Shown here in pieces: positions 1-13,423 of a stretch of 64,000 bases of DNA (position 1 is its first letter; each line of letters starts with the position of its first letter). This DNA is from Eledone cirrhosa. Its lineage: Eukaryota. The notes beneath the pieces were generated by a model. It had not been told where the DNA came from. It did no database searches and worked only from the letters and a program-made list of their open reading frames with translations. A program made the position numbers and the translations under genes. Location: positions 95,604,001-95,668,000 of the forward strand of contig OZ024741.1 in NCBI GenBank assembly GCA_964016885.1. Direction: 5' to 3'.

Positions 1-19
1 GCGTGCGTGCGTGCGTGCG

Positions 20-58
<39 letters not shown>

Positions 59-101
59 ATGTGTGTGTATGTATGTATGTGTGTGTGTGTGTGTGTGTAT
101 G

Positions 102-198
<97 letters not shown>

Positions 199-203
199 AT
201 GTA

Positions 204-250
<47 letters not shown>

Positions 251-251
251 A

Positions 252-286
<35 letters not shown>

Positions 287-358
287 ATGTATGTATGTAT
301 GTATGTATGTATGTATGTATGTATGTATGTATGTGTATGTATGTGTGTGTATGTATGT
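1..358. repeat. (GT)n/(GTAT)n compound microsatellite
   Basis: Direct reading of the tandem di- and tetranucleotide repeats. Confidence 0.97.
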
Positions 359-470
359 AAAAATTCCTTTCCAGAAATAACCTCTGGAAAAAAGAGGGAA
401 TGTGTGACGTCAGAACGAATATCCTCCACCTCCAACTAACTTACCCTCCACCTCTGGGTCCTGATCGACA

Positions 471-728
471 GGATGGAGAATACATTGCCCCGTAGGATAG
501 TGAGGAACAGTCACTTCACCTGGCGGGGCTGGCACCTGCAGGCAGCTAACTCCGCTCCGATAGTAGTGAGTAGCGTTGTGGTCCTGTGGCCAAGAACGCC
601 GGAAGTCTCCACAGATTCAGACTCTACCACAAACCTATCAGAGAACGGCCGATACTTGGACAGTTTGCCCTCATCGGCCTGGCACGCAGCAGAGCCTGGG
701 CTGGCAGCCGAACGCACCAGGTGGTATC
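471..728 (-). mobile_element. C-terminal fragment of an RLE-type (CRE-clade-like) non-LTR retrotransposon
   Basis: Minus strand translates to ...AASPGSAACQADEGKLSKYRPFSDRFVVESESVETSGVLG...*LFLTILRGNVFSI. This resembles the restriction-like endonuclease tail pattern AA..AE..K..KY....F.PxAxETxGxxG...IQRGN. It contains an in-frame stop. Confidence 0.6.
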
Positions 729-740
729 CCCCCCTCCCCC

Positions 741-786
741 TCATCATCATCATCATCACCATCACCACCGCCACCACCATCATCAT

Positions 787-821
<35 letters not shown>

Positions 822-948
822 CCACCGTCACCATCATCATCATAATAATCATCATCATCATCATCATCACCACCACCATCATCATAATCACCATAATCAC
901 CATCGTCATCATCATCATCATCACCATCGTCATCATCATCATCATCAT
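741..948. repeat. (CAT/CAC)n trinucleotide repeat
   Basis: Direct reading. Confidence 0.95.
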
Positions 949-1534
949 CTCTTTCTCCTTTTCTCCTCCTCCTTATTCCTTTTCGTCTTCATCACCTTTG
1001 TTATTGTCCCCCGCCCTATTTCCTTGCTTCGCCCCCTCCCTCCCATTCTATTTCTATCCTCCTTCTTCTTCCCTGATAACATTTAACGTCTTGCATCACA
1101 TGAACCACATTAGCGAGACAAGAAAAATACAAAACAACTCTATCACATTAAGTAAAGTCTTTAGTTTACTATATCGTCGTTGTCCTTTTGAACCAGATGG
1201 TAGGAGAAGTGACTTAAAAAACCAAAATGCTTCTCCATCTTTTCTCCTCCTCTCCTCGAGCATTGGGGTCCCCCGCCCCCTGCCATAAACTTCTCTCACC
1301 CACTACTGCGACGGCCAGTAGCACTTCCACCCCCGCCACCCACCCACCACCACCACCAACAACACTTCCACCACCACCACTACCACCACCACCTCCACCA
1401 CCACCACCACCACCACCACCAACAACACTTCCTGTACGACTACCACCAAAAAACAACATTTCCTATACTACTACCACCACCACCACTAAAAACAACATTT
1501 CCAGCAGCCCCATCACACCATCTGGGTCTGTATT

Positions 1535-1918
1535 ATTGGCAGTATCGGTAGAGGGTCGGACGCCATGCTTTGACGCATAGAGTTACGGCCCTTGCCATTC
1601 TGAGTTCAAATCCCGCCGAGGTTAACTTTGCCTTTCATCCTTACGGGGTCGATAAAATAAAGTACCAGTAATGTACTGGGTAATTGCTGGCCTTGTGCCA
1701 AATGTAGAAACAATTATTAGAAAAGGACGGTGGATTGGCTGTATCGGTAGAGAGTCGGACGCCATGCTTTACAGCATAGAGTTACGTCCTTTTACAGATT
1801 GAGTTCAAATTCCGCCGAGGTTAACTTTGCCTTTCATCCTTACGGGGTTGATAAAATATAGTACCAGTCATGTACTGGGTATTTGCTGACCTTGTGCCAA
1901 AAGTAGAAACAATTATTA
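1535..1918 (+). mobile_element. Head-to-tail dimer of tRNA-derived SINE family 1
   Basis: Each ~185 nt copy has an A-box-like TGGCAGTATCGG, a B-box GAGTTCAAATCC, the central GCCTTTCATCCTTACGGGGTCGATAAAA motif (MetaSINE-like by recollection) and the tail GTAGAAACAATTATT. The same unit recurs about 16 times in the window. Confidence 0.9.
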
Positions 1919-2254
1919 GGATAGCGATGTTTGAGTAAACGTTTGGGACTTTAGGCAACAAAACAATGCACAGTAACATTTAACTATCACAAAACTAACA
2001 AAGTACTCCTATACTCACTTTAGAACAAGATTCTCTGCTTATCTCTCGATAGTGAATGTTTCTTACCCATATACTCTTCGTCAATGGCTTTTGCTACTCC
2101 TGCAAATTTGTAATTTCATTGATATGGCTGCTGTTGTTGTTGGTTCCAATGCCGATAGTGGTGATGGTGGTGGTGGTGATGGTGAAAGATGTAGAAGTAA
2201 CATTGTTTAGGGCGGCAGGGACGGCGGTGTTGTATGTAAATGTCTACTTTTTGC

Positions 2255-2432
2255 AGCATGGAGTTACTTCCCTTTACGTTCTGAGTTCAAGTCCCACCGA
2301 GGTTAGCTTTGCCTTTCATCCTTACGGGGTCGATAAAATAAAGTACTGAAATAAACGAACTGGGGTCGATTTTATCGACTTTCCCCTCACCCCAAGTTGC
2401 TGACCTTGTGCCTAAATCCGAAACCATTATTA
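2255..2432 (+). mobile_element. SINE family 1, long variant, degenerate head
   Basis: B-box and central motif are present, plus an extra ~30 nt GGGGTCGATTTTATCGACTTTCCCC segment. Confidence 0.8.
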
Positions 2433-2836
2433 AGCTTGTGACGATAGTCTTCCTTTTGCTGCTACTCTCAGCCACTAAAGCGATGATGGTGATGAAATTT
2501 CGATGCTCCAACAGTCAGTTTGTTTTATTTACTTAACTATTTGTTTTGTATTGTTTTTCTTTTTAATTTTGTTGTTGTTTATGTTGTTTATATATTACCA
2601 CATTAGTCATCTACTTGAATACTAAACATGTTCTCAAACATCACTACTTTAATGATACTGGCTCGGACTGTGCCATGAAGCGCTCTCTGGCGTGCAGGAC
2701 TTCAGGGACTGGCCGCCCCATTGTCCCAGTGGACAGAAAGGAAATCGCGTTGTCCCGGAGGGAGATGTGTTGGAATAGTCATTCCAACTTGTGGGTCTCA
2801 CTCCTGCGGGTAGCCAATCTTGCCCCAGTAGTAGCA

Positions 2837-2837
<1 letters not shown>

Positions 2838-2867
<30 letters not shown>

Positions 2868-3372
2868 CTTCTTCTTCTTCTTCTTCTTCTTCTTCTTCTT
2901 CTTCTTCTTCTTCTTCTTCTTCTTCTTCTTCTTCTTCTTCTTCTTCTTCTTCTTCTTCTTCGGCCGAGTTTACACTCGCAAAGATTCAGCACGCCTTCTC
3001 CAACAGTCCCGGTCGAGCATGACATTTCTCAGTTCATCGATGTTATCAATGTTGGCATCTCTCAGCAGGGTATCAATGAACGAGACGGCCTGTCTTCTCA
3101 CGCTTCTTCATCCGACCGCCGGTTTCCAGAGCACAAGTTGTGATGCTATCTCTTCTGGATGACGGATGCAGTGCCCAGCCACTTTCATTCGTCTGCAGGC
3201 AACTTTTTTTTGAGACTGGTAGTAGTGATCTCTATAGTTCCCTACTTGTCAGCTTCTGTTTCCAAGAAATGTTGAGAGCCATTCTCAACATCCTTGTGTA
3301 ACATCCGTCAAGTCTCTTGCAGAGCACTTTGTCAATAGTCCACGTTTCACTGCTGTAAAGCAGGACGGATTC
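2838..3372 (-). mobile_element. 5'-truncated RTE-clade LINE 3' end with (GAA)n tail
   Basis: Minus strand: ESVLLYSSETWTIDKVLCKRLDGCYTRMLRMALNISW...RRMKVAGHCIRHPEE...LVLWKP...FIDTLLRD...MLDRDCWR, the typical RTE post-RT region (YGxExW; xGHxxR; DRxxWR). It is followed directly by about 41 GAA repeats (2838-2961). Confidence 0.85.
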
Positions 3373-4194
3373 TGGGAGCAAGAACGCCAGAAATTACTGG
3401 TACTTCCAATACTTTTGGAAAACAGGCTGGAGAATAATTGTATATTGAAAATAATTGTGTGTGTGATGGCAAATTACGGGTGGAATATGAAGTAACATCG
3501 TCTTCGTTATTCGAGCCAGAAAATACATCAATACCGAACAGATTCCGTTCGGAAACATTGGTTAGGAACCTCCCATAATATTATTCAAGAGTGAGAAATT
3601 TGTCCTCTTTCTTACATGTATGGACAAACATATGATAAATATAAAAGTTTTGGATGTACCGACCGCTTTGGACATCTGGTTGGTGGTGGAATGAAGTTTT
3701 CTGGAGTGAGGAGCCACACTGTTGAACATAGGAAAGAACAGACAAAAGAACTGGCCCAATGTTGGGTTAGAGATCCATATCCTGATCCTGATAAAACTCG
3801 GGAACTTGGAAGGAATTACATACAAAATAGACTTCCCAAACGTGAACCAACTAAATGACGAAGCGGGAAGTAGAAGATGTGAGTTTCAAGCACATTGTAA
3901 CATAGATCACCCAAAGACCCATAACAACAGAGGAAGTCCGCAAGACAGCTGCCAAACAACAACAACAACAACAATAACAACGGGATATAACTGCAACAAT
4001 AGCAGCTACAGCTACAACAATAACAAAAGCAACAGAAGCAGTAACTGTAGAAATAGCATTAGGACGTCACAAGAAACCGTAATAGAAACTGCCACCAATA
4101 CCTCCAAAGATATCTCCACTTTTGGTGATAATTGAGATGGTAGTAGGATTTTGTGTGGTATTGCTAGTTGTTATTTTCCATTCTCGACTCCAAC

Positions 4195-5240
4195 ACCACG
4201 AACCACGACTACCACCACCACAACCACCACCATCAACACCACCACCACTACCACCAGCACCACCACCACCACCACACCACCACCAATACAACTACTAACC
4301 CCCCCCCCCCCCACACCACCATCACCACCTCCACCACCACCACCACCAACACACCCATCACCACCACCACCACCACCACCACCACCACCACCAACACACC
4401 CACCACCACCACCACCACCACCACCACCACCACCACCACCACCACCACCACCACCACCACCACCAGCAACACCACCACCACCACCACCACCACCATCACC
4501 ACCGCCAACACCACCAAAGCCACTACCACCACCACCACCACCACCACCACCATCACCACCGCCAACACCACCAAAACGACTACCACCACCACCACCACCA
4601 CCATCACCACCGCCAACACCACCAAAGCCACTACCACTACCACCACCACCACCACCACCACCACCGCACCACCACCACCACCACCAGCAACACCACCAGC
4701 AACACCACCACCACCACCACCACCACCACCACCGCCACCGCACCACCACCACCACCACCAGCAACACCACCAACACCACCACCACCACCACCACCACCAC
4801 CGCCACCGCACCATCACCACCACCACCACCAGCAACACCAGCAACACCACCACCACCACTACTACCACCACCACCGCCACTGCACCACCACCACTACCAC
4901 TACCACTACCACCACCACCACCACCGCACCACCACCACCACCACCGTCACCGCCACCGCCACCGCACCACCACCACCACCACCACCAGCAACACCACCAA
5001 CACCACCACCACCACCACCACCGCCACCGCACCACCACCACCACCACCAGCAACACCACCAGCAACACCACCACCACCACTACTACCACCACCACCACCG
5101 CCACCGCACCACCACCACCACCACCACCACCACCACCACCACCACCACCACCAGCAACACCAGCAACACCACCACTACCACTACCACCACCACCACCACC
5201 ACTACCACCACCACCGTCACCACCACCACCACCACCACCA
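4195..5240. repeat. Degenerate (ACC)n repeat with higher-order sub-repeats
   Basis: Direct reading. Confidence 0.95.
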
Positions 5241-5408
5241 ACAGAAGAGGACCAACTTCCCCCATCACCGTTCAGTCCCTAAAGTACACAACAATCTACT
5301 TGACTGTTTTTTATACTTTCCATCGATTCACCACCGGAAATTATATTTTCAATAAAATTACCTTCATTTCTATAGTATTTAATATCTTTGTTGATTTATT
5401 TTATTACA

Positions 5409-5459
<51 letters not shown>

Positions 5460-5494
5460 AATACATATACATATATACATACATACATATATAA

Positions 5495-5554
<60 letters not shown>

Positions 5555-5595
5555 CTGTGTATACGTATATAGATGTATATATACATATATATATA

Positions 5596-5692
<97 letters not shown>

Positions 5693-5967
5693 GCATAAAC
5701 ATACATCCACACACAGGCATAGACACGCACACATCTGCACTCACATATTGTATATATTTAAAAAAAACATTTTTTATTTCTCTATTATTTTCTCTATAAC
5801 GGTAATTTTCTGTTGTTATATTTCTATCTTTGTAAGCCAGCAGCCATGTTGGAGTCATGTGATGTTAGATTTTACATCAAAGGTAAAACACTTTTACAAT
5901 AAACTGCTATTTGCCATAATAATAGTCGAAATTGCAATTCTGCGTTTAAATTTCACAATCCAAGACT

Positions 5968-6021
<54 letters not shown>

Positions 6022-6055
6022 CATCTATCTATCTATCTATCTATCTATCTATATA

Positions 6056-6490
6056 TGTGGACAAGGTTGAAAGGGCTGAGGTCAGACACCTTTCTCTCCG
6101 GCCAACAACTGATACTTTTTTTCAAATACCACTTTGGAAGAAGAATCAGGATGGAGAGAGAGGTGCTGTACCCCAGCAAGTTTTATGAAAGGTGGGTGAA
6201 AGTGGCGAGAATGGCCCGAGTGAATGGGCCTTCTCTCTATATCAGCCTGTAGGTTGAGGAAAAAGAGGAGGAGAGGAAAGGGGTACAAACTCTTCGTACT
6301 CCTGGAGATGAGGGTTGCACATTTTTTTCGTGGGTATGTGTTACCCATATGTAATGTCTCCTCCTATTGGGGAAAATCGACTAATTTTTAAATTGCATTT
6401 GTGATAATATTTTACACGTTTTTATTGTATGTAAACTTCCCCCTTTGTATTTGTCCCCTTCTTTTGTGCCCCTGTGGCTAATAAAGAAAC
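6056..6490 (+). mobile_element. 5'-truncated Tx1-like element (ORF2 C-terminus plus 3'UTR)
   Basis: [16 protein letters not shown]...YISL is homologous to 11949-12144. It ends AATAAAGAAA and is flanked on both sides by (ATCT)n. Confidence 0.9.
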
Positions 6491-6715
6491 ATATCTATCT
6501 ATCTATCTCCGGATGGCATAGACGTTCTTCACATCGGCTCCGCGAATATTGGAGATATTACGTGTTAACAGTAAGTGTTTGTCTGCATTCTTGCGTTATT
6601 GTGTTAATTAACCCCCTTGCCTGGGTCTTCGGACATTAGGGTTAATTTATTTCACCCCTTTTGGGGTGAAATTTTTCATCCTAAAAATCTTGCAATTGTC
6701 TCTACGCTAGTGGTA

Positions 6716-8149
6716 ATGGAAGCCATTACCACAGGTAACGATGACACGCCCACTAAACAAACTGAAGGAGAGTGGGTAGCTGAGGCAACAAGCCACCCTA
6801 CTGAAAGAATAATGATTATTAGAAACATTGAAAAAATGGAACCTAACCCTAATGAAAAAAATGTGAAAAAAATTAACTCGGAGAAATTGCCAAAATTAAT
6901 GGATGCCGTTTCGACTTTTCACGGTGCCACGCCCACCAGCAAAGGTGAAAGAGAAGTAGTAGCTGTGACTACAAGTCTCTCGGATAATGAAAATATAAGT
7001 GAAGACTTTGAAAAAATGGAGTCTAACCCCAAAGGGAAAAAAAATGTGAACGAATACACCAACATAAATAACACAAACACAACAAAAACAACTTTCGCCC
7101 AGACAACAAAAAAATCAATCACATATACACCTATTGACTTAACTGCCGCCAGAGAGAAACTGGCAGAAGCAAAAAAGCACATAGTCTTGGGGGAGAACGG
7201 AATGTTTTCCATTAATTCCCCCCCAGAATTCAAGAAAACGAGAAAAGAAAACACTGTTCTGTTTAGAACAGTCCTAAACAACACAAGAAAGTCAGCACAG
7301 CCCAGCCAATCAGAGATAGAGTTGGTCCTAAAAGACCATATGAAGAATATTCTCTTTATACGAAAGGACCGACTCTATGGCAGCATTTCTGTTTTAACAA
7401 AAGACAAAGAAACAGCACAGAGGCTTTCCCTAAGCCCACTCACATCAACAGCATACAGTTTCTATCCCTCCTACATGGGTAGAAGAACTCAGAGAATCAA
7501 AATACAGACAATGCTGCCCACAATGGGCTTCTGGTGGGCTATTGCTGGCTTCATAGACATGGGCGAGGACACAGTGCTGTCAATGGGGAAGGCATCTGGA
7601 GATGCGTTCCTGGGAATGAGCCTCGACCTACTAGTACAAATGAGGCCCGAAAGAATAGCGCAAATCTCGGATCGCATCTGGCTGGATGACCTCACCCCAA
7701 TATAAATAATTGTAGAGGGGAGAAGACCAGCATGCTATTCATGCATGGAAAGGGGACACGTTAAGGCTAACTGCCCGAATCGTATCCCCCAAAAAGGACT
7801 ATTGCCCACACCCACCACAAACAGTACACCAACACCACCCACCTCCAAAAATACACTAACACCACCAACACACACAGCAAACAAAATACAGACACCACCA
7901 ACCACAAGCACAACACAAACATCACCACCACCAGCACCAAACACAAGCACGACACAAAAATCACCACCACCATCACCAACCACAAGCACAAAACAAACAT
8001 CACCACCACCATCACCAACCACAAGCACGACACAAACATCACCACCACCACCACAAAACACATTCCAAACAAATAATAAAAAAAAACAGCAACAATTCTA
8101 CCCCTCCCGCAAAAAAACAACAACCAGACACCACGTTCCTCCCACCTAG
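6716..8149 (+). pseudogene. Tx1-like ORF1 (gag-like nucleic-acid-binding protein)
   Basis: Long ORF with one in-frame stop at 7703-7705, followed in frame by CYSCMERGHVKANC (CX2CX4HX4C) and a P/T/S-rich tail that probably continues via frameshifts to ~8700. Confidence 0.8.
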
Positions 8150-8771
8150 CGCTGAAGAGTTTCCCCCAACTTCTGAAGAAGAAGGAGGAGAAGCCTTCAG
8201 ACAAGTTAAAAGGAAAAAAACGAAAGCACACACCCAGCACACCACAACAACAAATAACCCCCACACAAACACCAACTCCAACCAAAAACACCCCACCCTC
8301 GACAAACAAAAATAAATCTGCGCCTCCCCCCTTAGAAACATTGACAACATCACAAAAAAAGACTTTACAATACACATATATAAATAAAGAAAACAAAAAA
8401 CTGTTTAAATTAATAAACAATAGCCCTTTGGTGCAGACCAAAGGGCCAAACTTTATCTCAACAGAGACTTCACTCATTTGAAAATGATAAAGGTCCCTCT
8501 GGACCTTTATCGTTCCTTAAAAGAACAATTTAAACAGGACGTGAGCCCCCCCCCCCTGTTTAAAACCGTTAAATCGCGTCCTCTTGAAAGATTTCCCCAT
8601 AACCTCCCCTCTCCCTGACACAACTCCAAATACTCCAACCCCACCACACTCGGATACCCCCACACCACCACAAAACACCCCTCCACCCAACACACCCGAC
8701 CCCATGGAAATTACACAACCCGGAGAGGTAGGTGCTTTTCTCACTTCACTTTCAATACCAAAACAGATCAA

Positions 8772-11700
8772 TTGAGAGTTGGTTGTTTGAATGCGCGTGG
8801 CCTGGGCTCAGCTTGGAAGCAAGCAAAGCTTCTAAGTGACCTCAGGTCACGAAGTATAGATGTGATGGTTGTTTGCGAGAGTCGGTTCAGCAGCGTGCGA
8901 CAACTGGCTCCCGCCTTCGATGACTTTGAGATGCACGCATCTCTCTGTCAACCCGGAGGTGGGGGTGGGGTTGCCGTACTGCTGGATAAACGTCTGGCTC
9001 TCGACGTACAGATTGTTCACTCGGACCCGGGGGGTCGATTACTGGTACTGGACGTCGGAGGCGGTGAAGGCGGGGCTTTCAGACTGGTCGGTCTTTATGC
9101 CCCCATCGGGGCTGAAAGAGCCGACTTCTTCCAGCGTCTGGAGACTTTTCTAGGAACGTCGCGTTCCCTGCTTTTAGTGGGGGACTGGAATGGAATCCTA
9201 GATGCGCGTTGGGACTATGCAGGGGCATGTCCCGATAGAGGGGGTGTAGCAGCCTCAAGGGGTTACTCGATCGATTCGACCTGGTCGATAGATTTCGACT
9301 AGATTTTTCAACTGTGCCAACCTGGACTTGGACAAACCGCACTGGTCAATCTAGATCGTACCTAGATAGGTTTTTGGTTAGGAGTAAGGATAGGGACGTA
9401 TTTAGTTGTCCAGAATTGCTCATGGTTGGCTATTCAGATCACAAATTAGTGACCTGCGTGGTCGACCTTGATAGAACGCATAGACAGGGTCCCGGTTACT
9501 GGAAGATGAACTTGTCCTTGCCGGCAAAAGAAGCTTACAGGAACCGGATTAGTAGCTTAATTAAGATGCGGTTGACGGGAGCGATCGTCAACAGCAGGTG
9601 GTGGGTATCTCTAAAGAGAGAGATTAAAGTAAGTTCGATAGGTTACAGTAAGGAACTAGTGGCGAATAGAAATAGGAGGGAAAGGGAGTTGACAGATAAA
9701 CTAGAAAAGTTTAGGAGCGGAGACGTGGCCAGAGTGTTAGCGTCGAGAACGGCGTTGAGCCAGTTCTTTGACGCGAAGCACGAAGGCTGCGTTGTCCGAA
9801 GTAAAATACGTGCTTTAGGAAACGAGGGGACCAAAGTTGTTAGCTGGGCCCGCGTGACAGAAGCCAAGAGTGGGATTAAATCCACCATTCGGTCTTTGCG
9901 AGACCAGGATGGACGGGTGATCCTTGAACCTGAGCGGATGTGCGAGGCCTTTCAAAGGCACTTTGCTCGACTGTTCGGAGGGGGCGGGGGGCCGGACGGG
10001 GATGTGGACTTCAGTCCATACCTCGACGGTCTACCGCGTCTTTAGAGCGGCGAAGCGGAGTGCTGCGAAAGGCCAATCACAGCCACTGAAATCGGGGAAG
10101 CGCTCAGCCAATGCAGCAGACGCAAATCTCCGGGTCTCAATGGTCTACCATACGAACTTTATTTAGCTATGCTGGTCTTGTTCTCCGAACTCCCCGAGGC
10201 TGTCTATTGCAACTGGCAACAGAACGGGAGAATTCCCTGTTCTGTGACCAAGGGCGTAGTCACGCTAGTGAGGAAGGACGAGAGCAAGGGGGACGACTTA
10301 AGTAACTTTAGGCCCATAACTCTGCTGAATGCAGAGTTACAGATTTTGGCCAAGGTGTTAGCGAAGAGGTTGGCGCTTGTGGTGGGTGGCTTGGTGGGAG
10401 ACGCGCAGACATGCGTTATCCCGTCCAGGTCCATTCACGACAACCTCCACCTCATGCGATACATCGTAGAGAGGGTTGGGAACGAACCCGGCTTTGGTGG
10501 GGCCCTGATCAACTTGGATCAATCTAAGGCGTTCGATAGGGTCGACCATGGTTACCTGGATGCGGTGCTAGCGGCGGCGGGCTTCGGACCTGTTTTCAGG
10601 GGCTGGATTTCTGCCATGCACAGTGGCAACGTCTGCTCTAGGGTTAAAGTAAACGGCTACCTCTCGGAGCCGTTTCAAATCACCCGGTCCATCAGGCAGG
10701 GGTGCCCCCTCTCCTCCCTTCTGTACGTATTGGCTCTCGAGCCACTGCTGCGGAAGTTGGAGTTGCTGCGGAGCATACCCCTGGAACCGGGATTGCACAA
10801 AGCGGTCTCGGCCTATGCCGACGACGTAACAGTAATGGTGGCGGACGCCTAGGAAATCGGGGGGATCGCCACCCTACTGGAGGAATACGAAAGGCTGACG
10901 GGGGCTAGGCTGAACCGGGACAAGTCAGTCGGTTTGCAACTCGGAACGTGGAGGGGCAAACCGATGCCGTTAGACGGTGTTGTCGGACGGTGGACAGAGG
11001 GCCCGGTGAAGCTGCTCGGGGTCTGGTTCGGACCGGACCTCCAGGTGGAGAAGAATTGGGGCGAGGTGACGAGCCAAGTGCAGAAGTGGGCCAAGTGCAA
11101 ACTATCACTGAAAGGTCGGGCGGAGGTAGCGAACGCTTACATAGCGTCCGTCATCTACTACCGCCTGACTGCATGCTCTTCCAGTTCCTCTGGAAGAAGC
11201 GGCCTCCCATGGTGAGGAGATCCATCTGCTGCCAGCACCCTTCGAAAGGAGGGCTAGGTATGCCGTGGCTGTTGATGCGTAGGCACGCATTGAGGCTACG
11301 ACATCTACAGGTATTCCTCACCGGTCAGCCGGTGTGGGCTCCGTTTGTGAGGCGAGCCTTCCCACAGCTCGTCTCCCTCACCGAGCTGCAATCCTGGGTG
11401 AAGCAAAGACCGAGAAAACTGGGCAACTGGCACACCGAGTGTGCCCAGACGCTCACGGCTCTCTGGCAAGCGGACCCGACTATCAGTGGAGAATCCACCT
11501 CGACATTCTATAGAGGGCTGGTGGCTAGCAGGGGCGACGACACCCTTGGAGAGTCGCTAGGCATGGAGGAGAACGAAGTGGCCAGCCTGTTCGGTAGAAC
11601 TTTCGGCCCGGGACCCATGGACAACTTCCAGAGGTCCCTAGCCTGGCAGTGCTACCGGGGGGCTCTGCCCGTTCGAGAAAAGCTCTACAGACACGGGCGC

Positions 11701-12144
11701 CCGGGCAGGGATCCCGCGAAAAAGATCTGTCCCAGATGCGTGCGCGACGAGGAAACCGTTGCGCACGCACTGGTACACTGCCCGGGCGTTGCCGATCTGT
11801 GGGGCTACGTCGAACGACTGTTGTCGCGTGTGGCGCCGATTCGATTGGCCGCCGAGTCCGTGGTGAACATCAAGCCGCCTCCTCCCTTCAGAAATGAAGC
11901 AGAGGCCGTCTTTCTGTGCGTAATAGCCATGATGAAAGAGGCTGTGTGGTGGACGCGCCTGAAAGGTCTGAGGTCGGGTGACTTTCTCTCCGGCCAACAC
12001 CTGGTTTACTTCTTCCGATACCACTTCGGAAGAAGGATCAGGATGGAGAGAGAAGTGCTTGGCCCCAGACAGTTTTACGAAAGGTGGGTGAAAGAGGCGA
12101 GAATGGCTCGTGTAAATGGGCCTTCTCTCTACATTGTTCTGTAG
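8772..12144 (+). pseudogene. Tx1-like ORF2: AP endonuclease, reverse transcriptase, C-terminal zinc finger
   Basis: APE motifs CLNARGL, GDWN, SYLDRF, SDHK; RT motifs SPGLNG, FRPITLLN, DQSKAFDRV, RQGCPLS, AYADD (10811-10825); CPRC...ETVAHALVHC (11728-11781). Split over several frames by indels and stops. Confidence 0.92.
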
Positions 12145-12508
12145 GTGAAGAAGTGAAGAGGAAAGGGGGAGCGCCTCCTCTCTGGGCTTCCCCCGGTAAA
12201 AGGGTTGCACACTTTTCGGGGGTATGTGCGATCCCCAACACGCCCCCTCCCTTTTGAGGACTTTTTATTATTATATTATTCTTATTGTTATTCCTTTTTT
12301 TCTTTACTCGCATTTATGTAAACTCCCCCCTGTGTATTTGTCCCCTTCTTTTGTGCCCTCGTGGCAAATAAATAGAAATCTATCTATCTATCTATCTTTC
12401 TATCTATCTATCTATCTATCTATCTACACGAATATATACATATACACGCATATACATATACACGCATATACATATACACGCATATACATATACACACATG
12501 CACACACC

Positions 12509-12705
12509 TTAACCCTAATCCCAAATCCTAACCATAAACCTAACGTTGACCCTAATCTTGACCCTAACACTAACCCTAAACCTAACCTCACCCTAACCCT
12601 AGCCCTTACGCTGAATCTAAACCCAACCCAAACACTAACCCTAACGTTAACCCTCAACCAGAAGCTCTAACCATAACCCCTAACCTTAATTCTAACCCTA
12701 ACCCT
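12509..12705. repeat. Degenerate (CCCTAA)n telomere-like interstitial tract
   Basis: Repeated ACCCTA/CCTAAC hexamers with many substitutions. Confidence 0.75.
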
Positions 12706-12982
12706 ATCTACACAATCATATACATATATACACATACACGCACGCACACAATGTTTTGTCTCTCATCTCCTACTCCCCCGGACAGCGTTTGGCTTGTGTC
12801 AGACGCCGTGACCTCGCGTGGGCCAGCAGGAATCGAAACTGCCGACAACCTTGTAATTCTGTGTCTTTCGTTTGTATTTTTATTTAAAAAAAATAATTGT
12901 TTGTTGTTTCCCCTTAAAAAGTTTTTCGTTTTCCCTTGTTTTCGTTCGTTTTCTTGTCCTCTCTTCGTTAATTTTCTTAAGT

Positions 12983-13038
<56 letters not shown>

Positions 13039-13121
13039 GTAAACAGAAATAACAACACAATCGGTGCAGTATATGGAAGGTATATATTAGGTTAACGCTT
13101 GATATAGCAGGAAGAAGAGGG

Positions 13122-13157
13122 TCTTAACGTTTCGGACGCTAGTCCTTCATCAGAAGA
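13122..13157 (-). ncRNA. Minimal type-I hammerhead ribozyme candidate (CUGAUGA-A variant)
   Basis: Minus strand: TCTT-CTGATGA-A-GGAC-tagc-GTCC-GAAA-CG-TT-AAGA. Degenerate relatives lie at 44085-44117(-), 54734-54769(+), 62347-62380(+) and 13328-13357(-). Confidence 0.7.
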
Positions 13158-13423
13158 AAGAATGAGAAATAAAATAGATTGAGGGGCGGGATGGAATTGG
13201 AAAAAATGTCTTTATATATATATATATATATATATATATTTAGTTTCAGGAACAAGGAAACGACAAAATAGAAGTAGAAAAAGTCTTATTAGTTTCACGC
13301 TATGTATGGAAAAGGGGACAGAAAGTTGGACGTGTCGAGCTTTAGCCCTTCTTCAGGAGTACAAAAATCTAGACAAAGGATAGACACAGAAATGAAATGT
13401 AGTCAGTAGTAAAAAAAGGAAAA

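Larger units (their letters stand above)
6509..12378 (+). mobile_element. Near full-length Tx1/L1-clade non-LTR retrotransposon, decayed
   Basis: ORF1 with a CCHC knuckle; ORF2 with APE, RT and a C-terminal Zn finger; AATAAA at 12367; (ATCT)n on both flanks; several stops and frameshifts. Confidence 0.93.

Noticed and set aside
1535-1620. tRNA gene calls for SINE heads
   Set aside because: A and B boxes are present but I see no cloverleaf, and each is attached to the SINE body and tail.
6509-12378. Intact active retrotransposon or programmed frameshifting
   Set aside because: Several stops and frameshifts are scattered through ORF1 and ORF2 (e.g. 7703, ~9260, 10043, 10850, ~11170), which fits decay or sequencing error.
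12509-12705. True telomere or telomere-targeted insertion of the Tx1 element
   Set aside because: The repeats are highly degenerate and internal, and are separated from the Tx1 end by other microsatellites.
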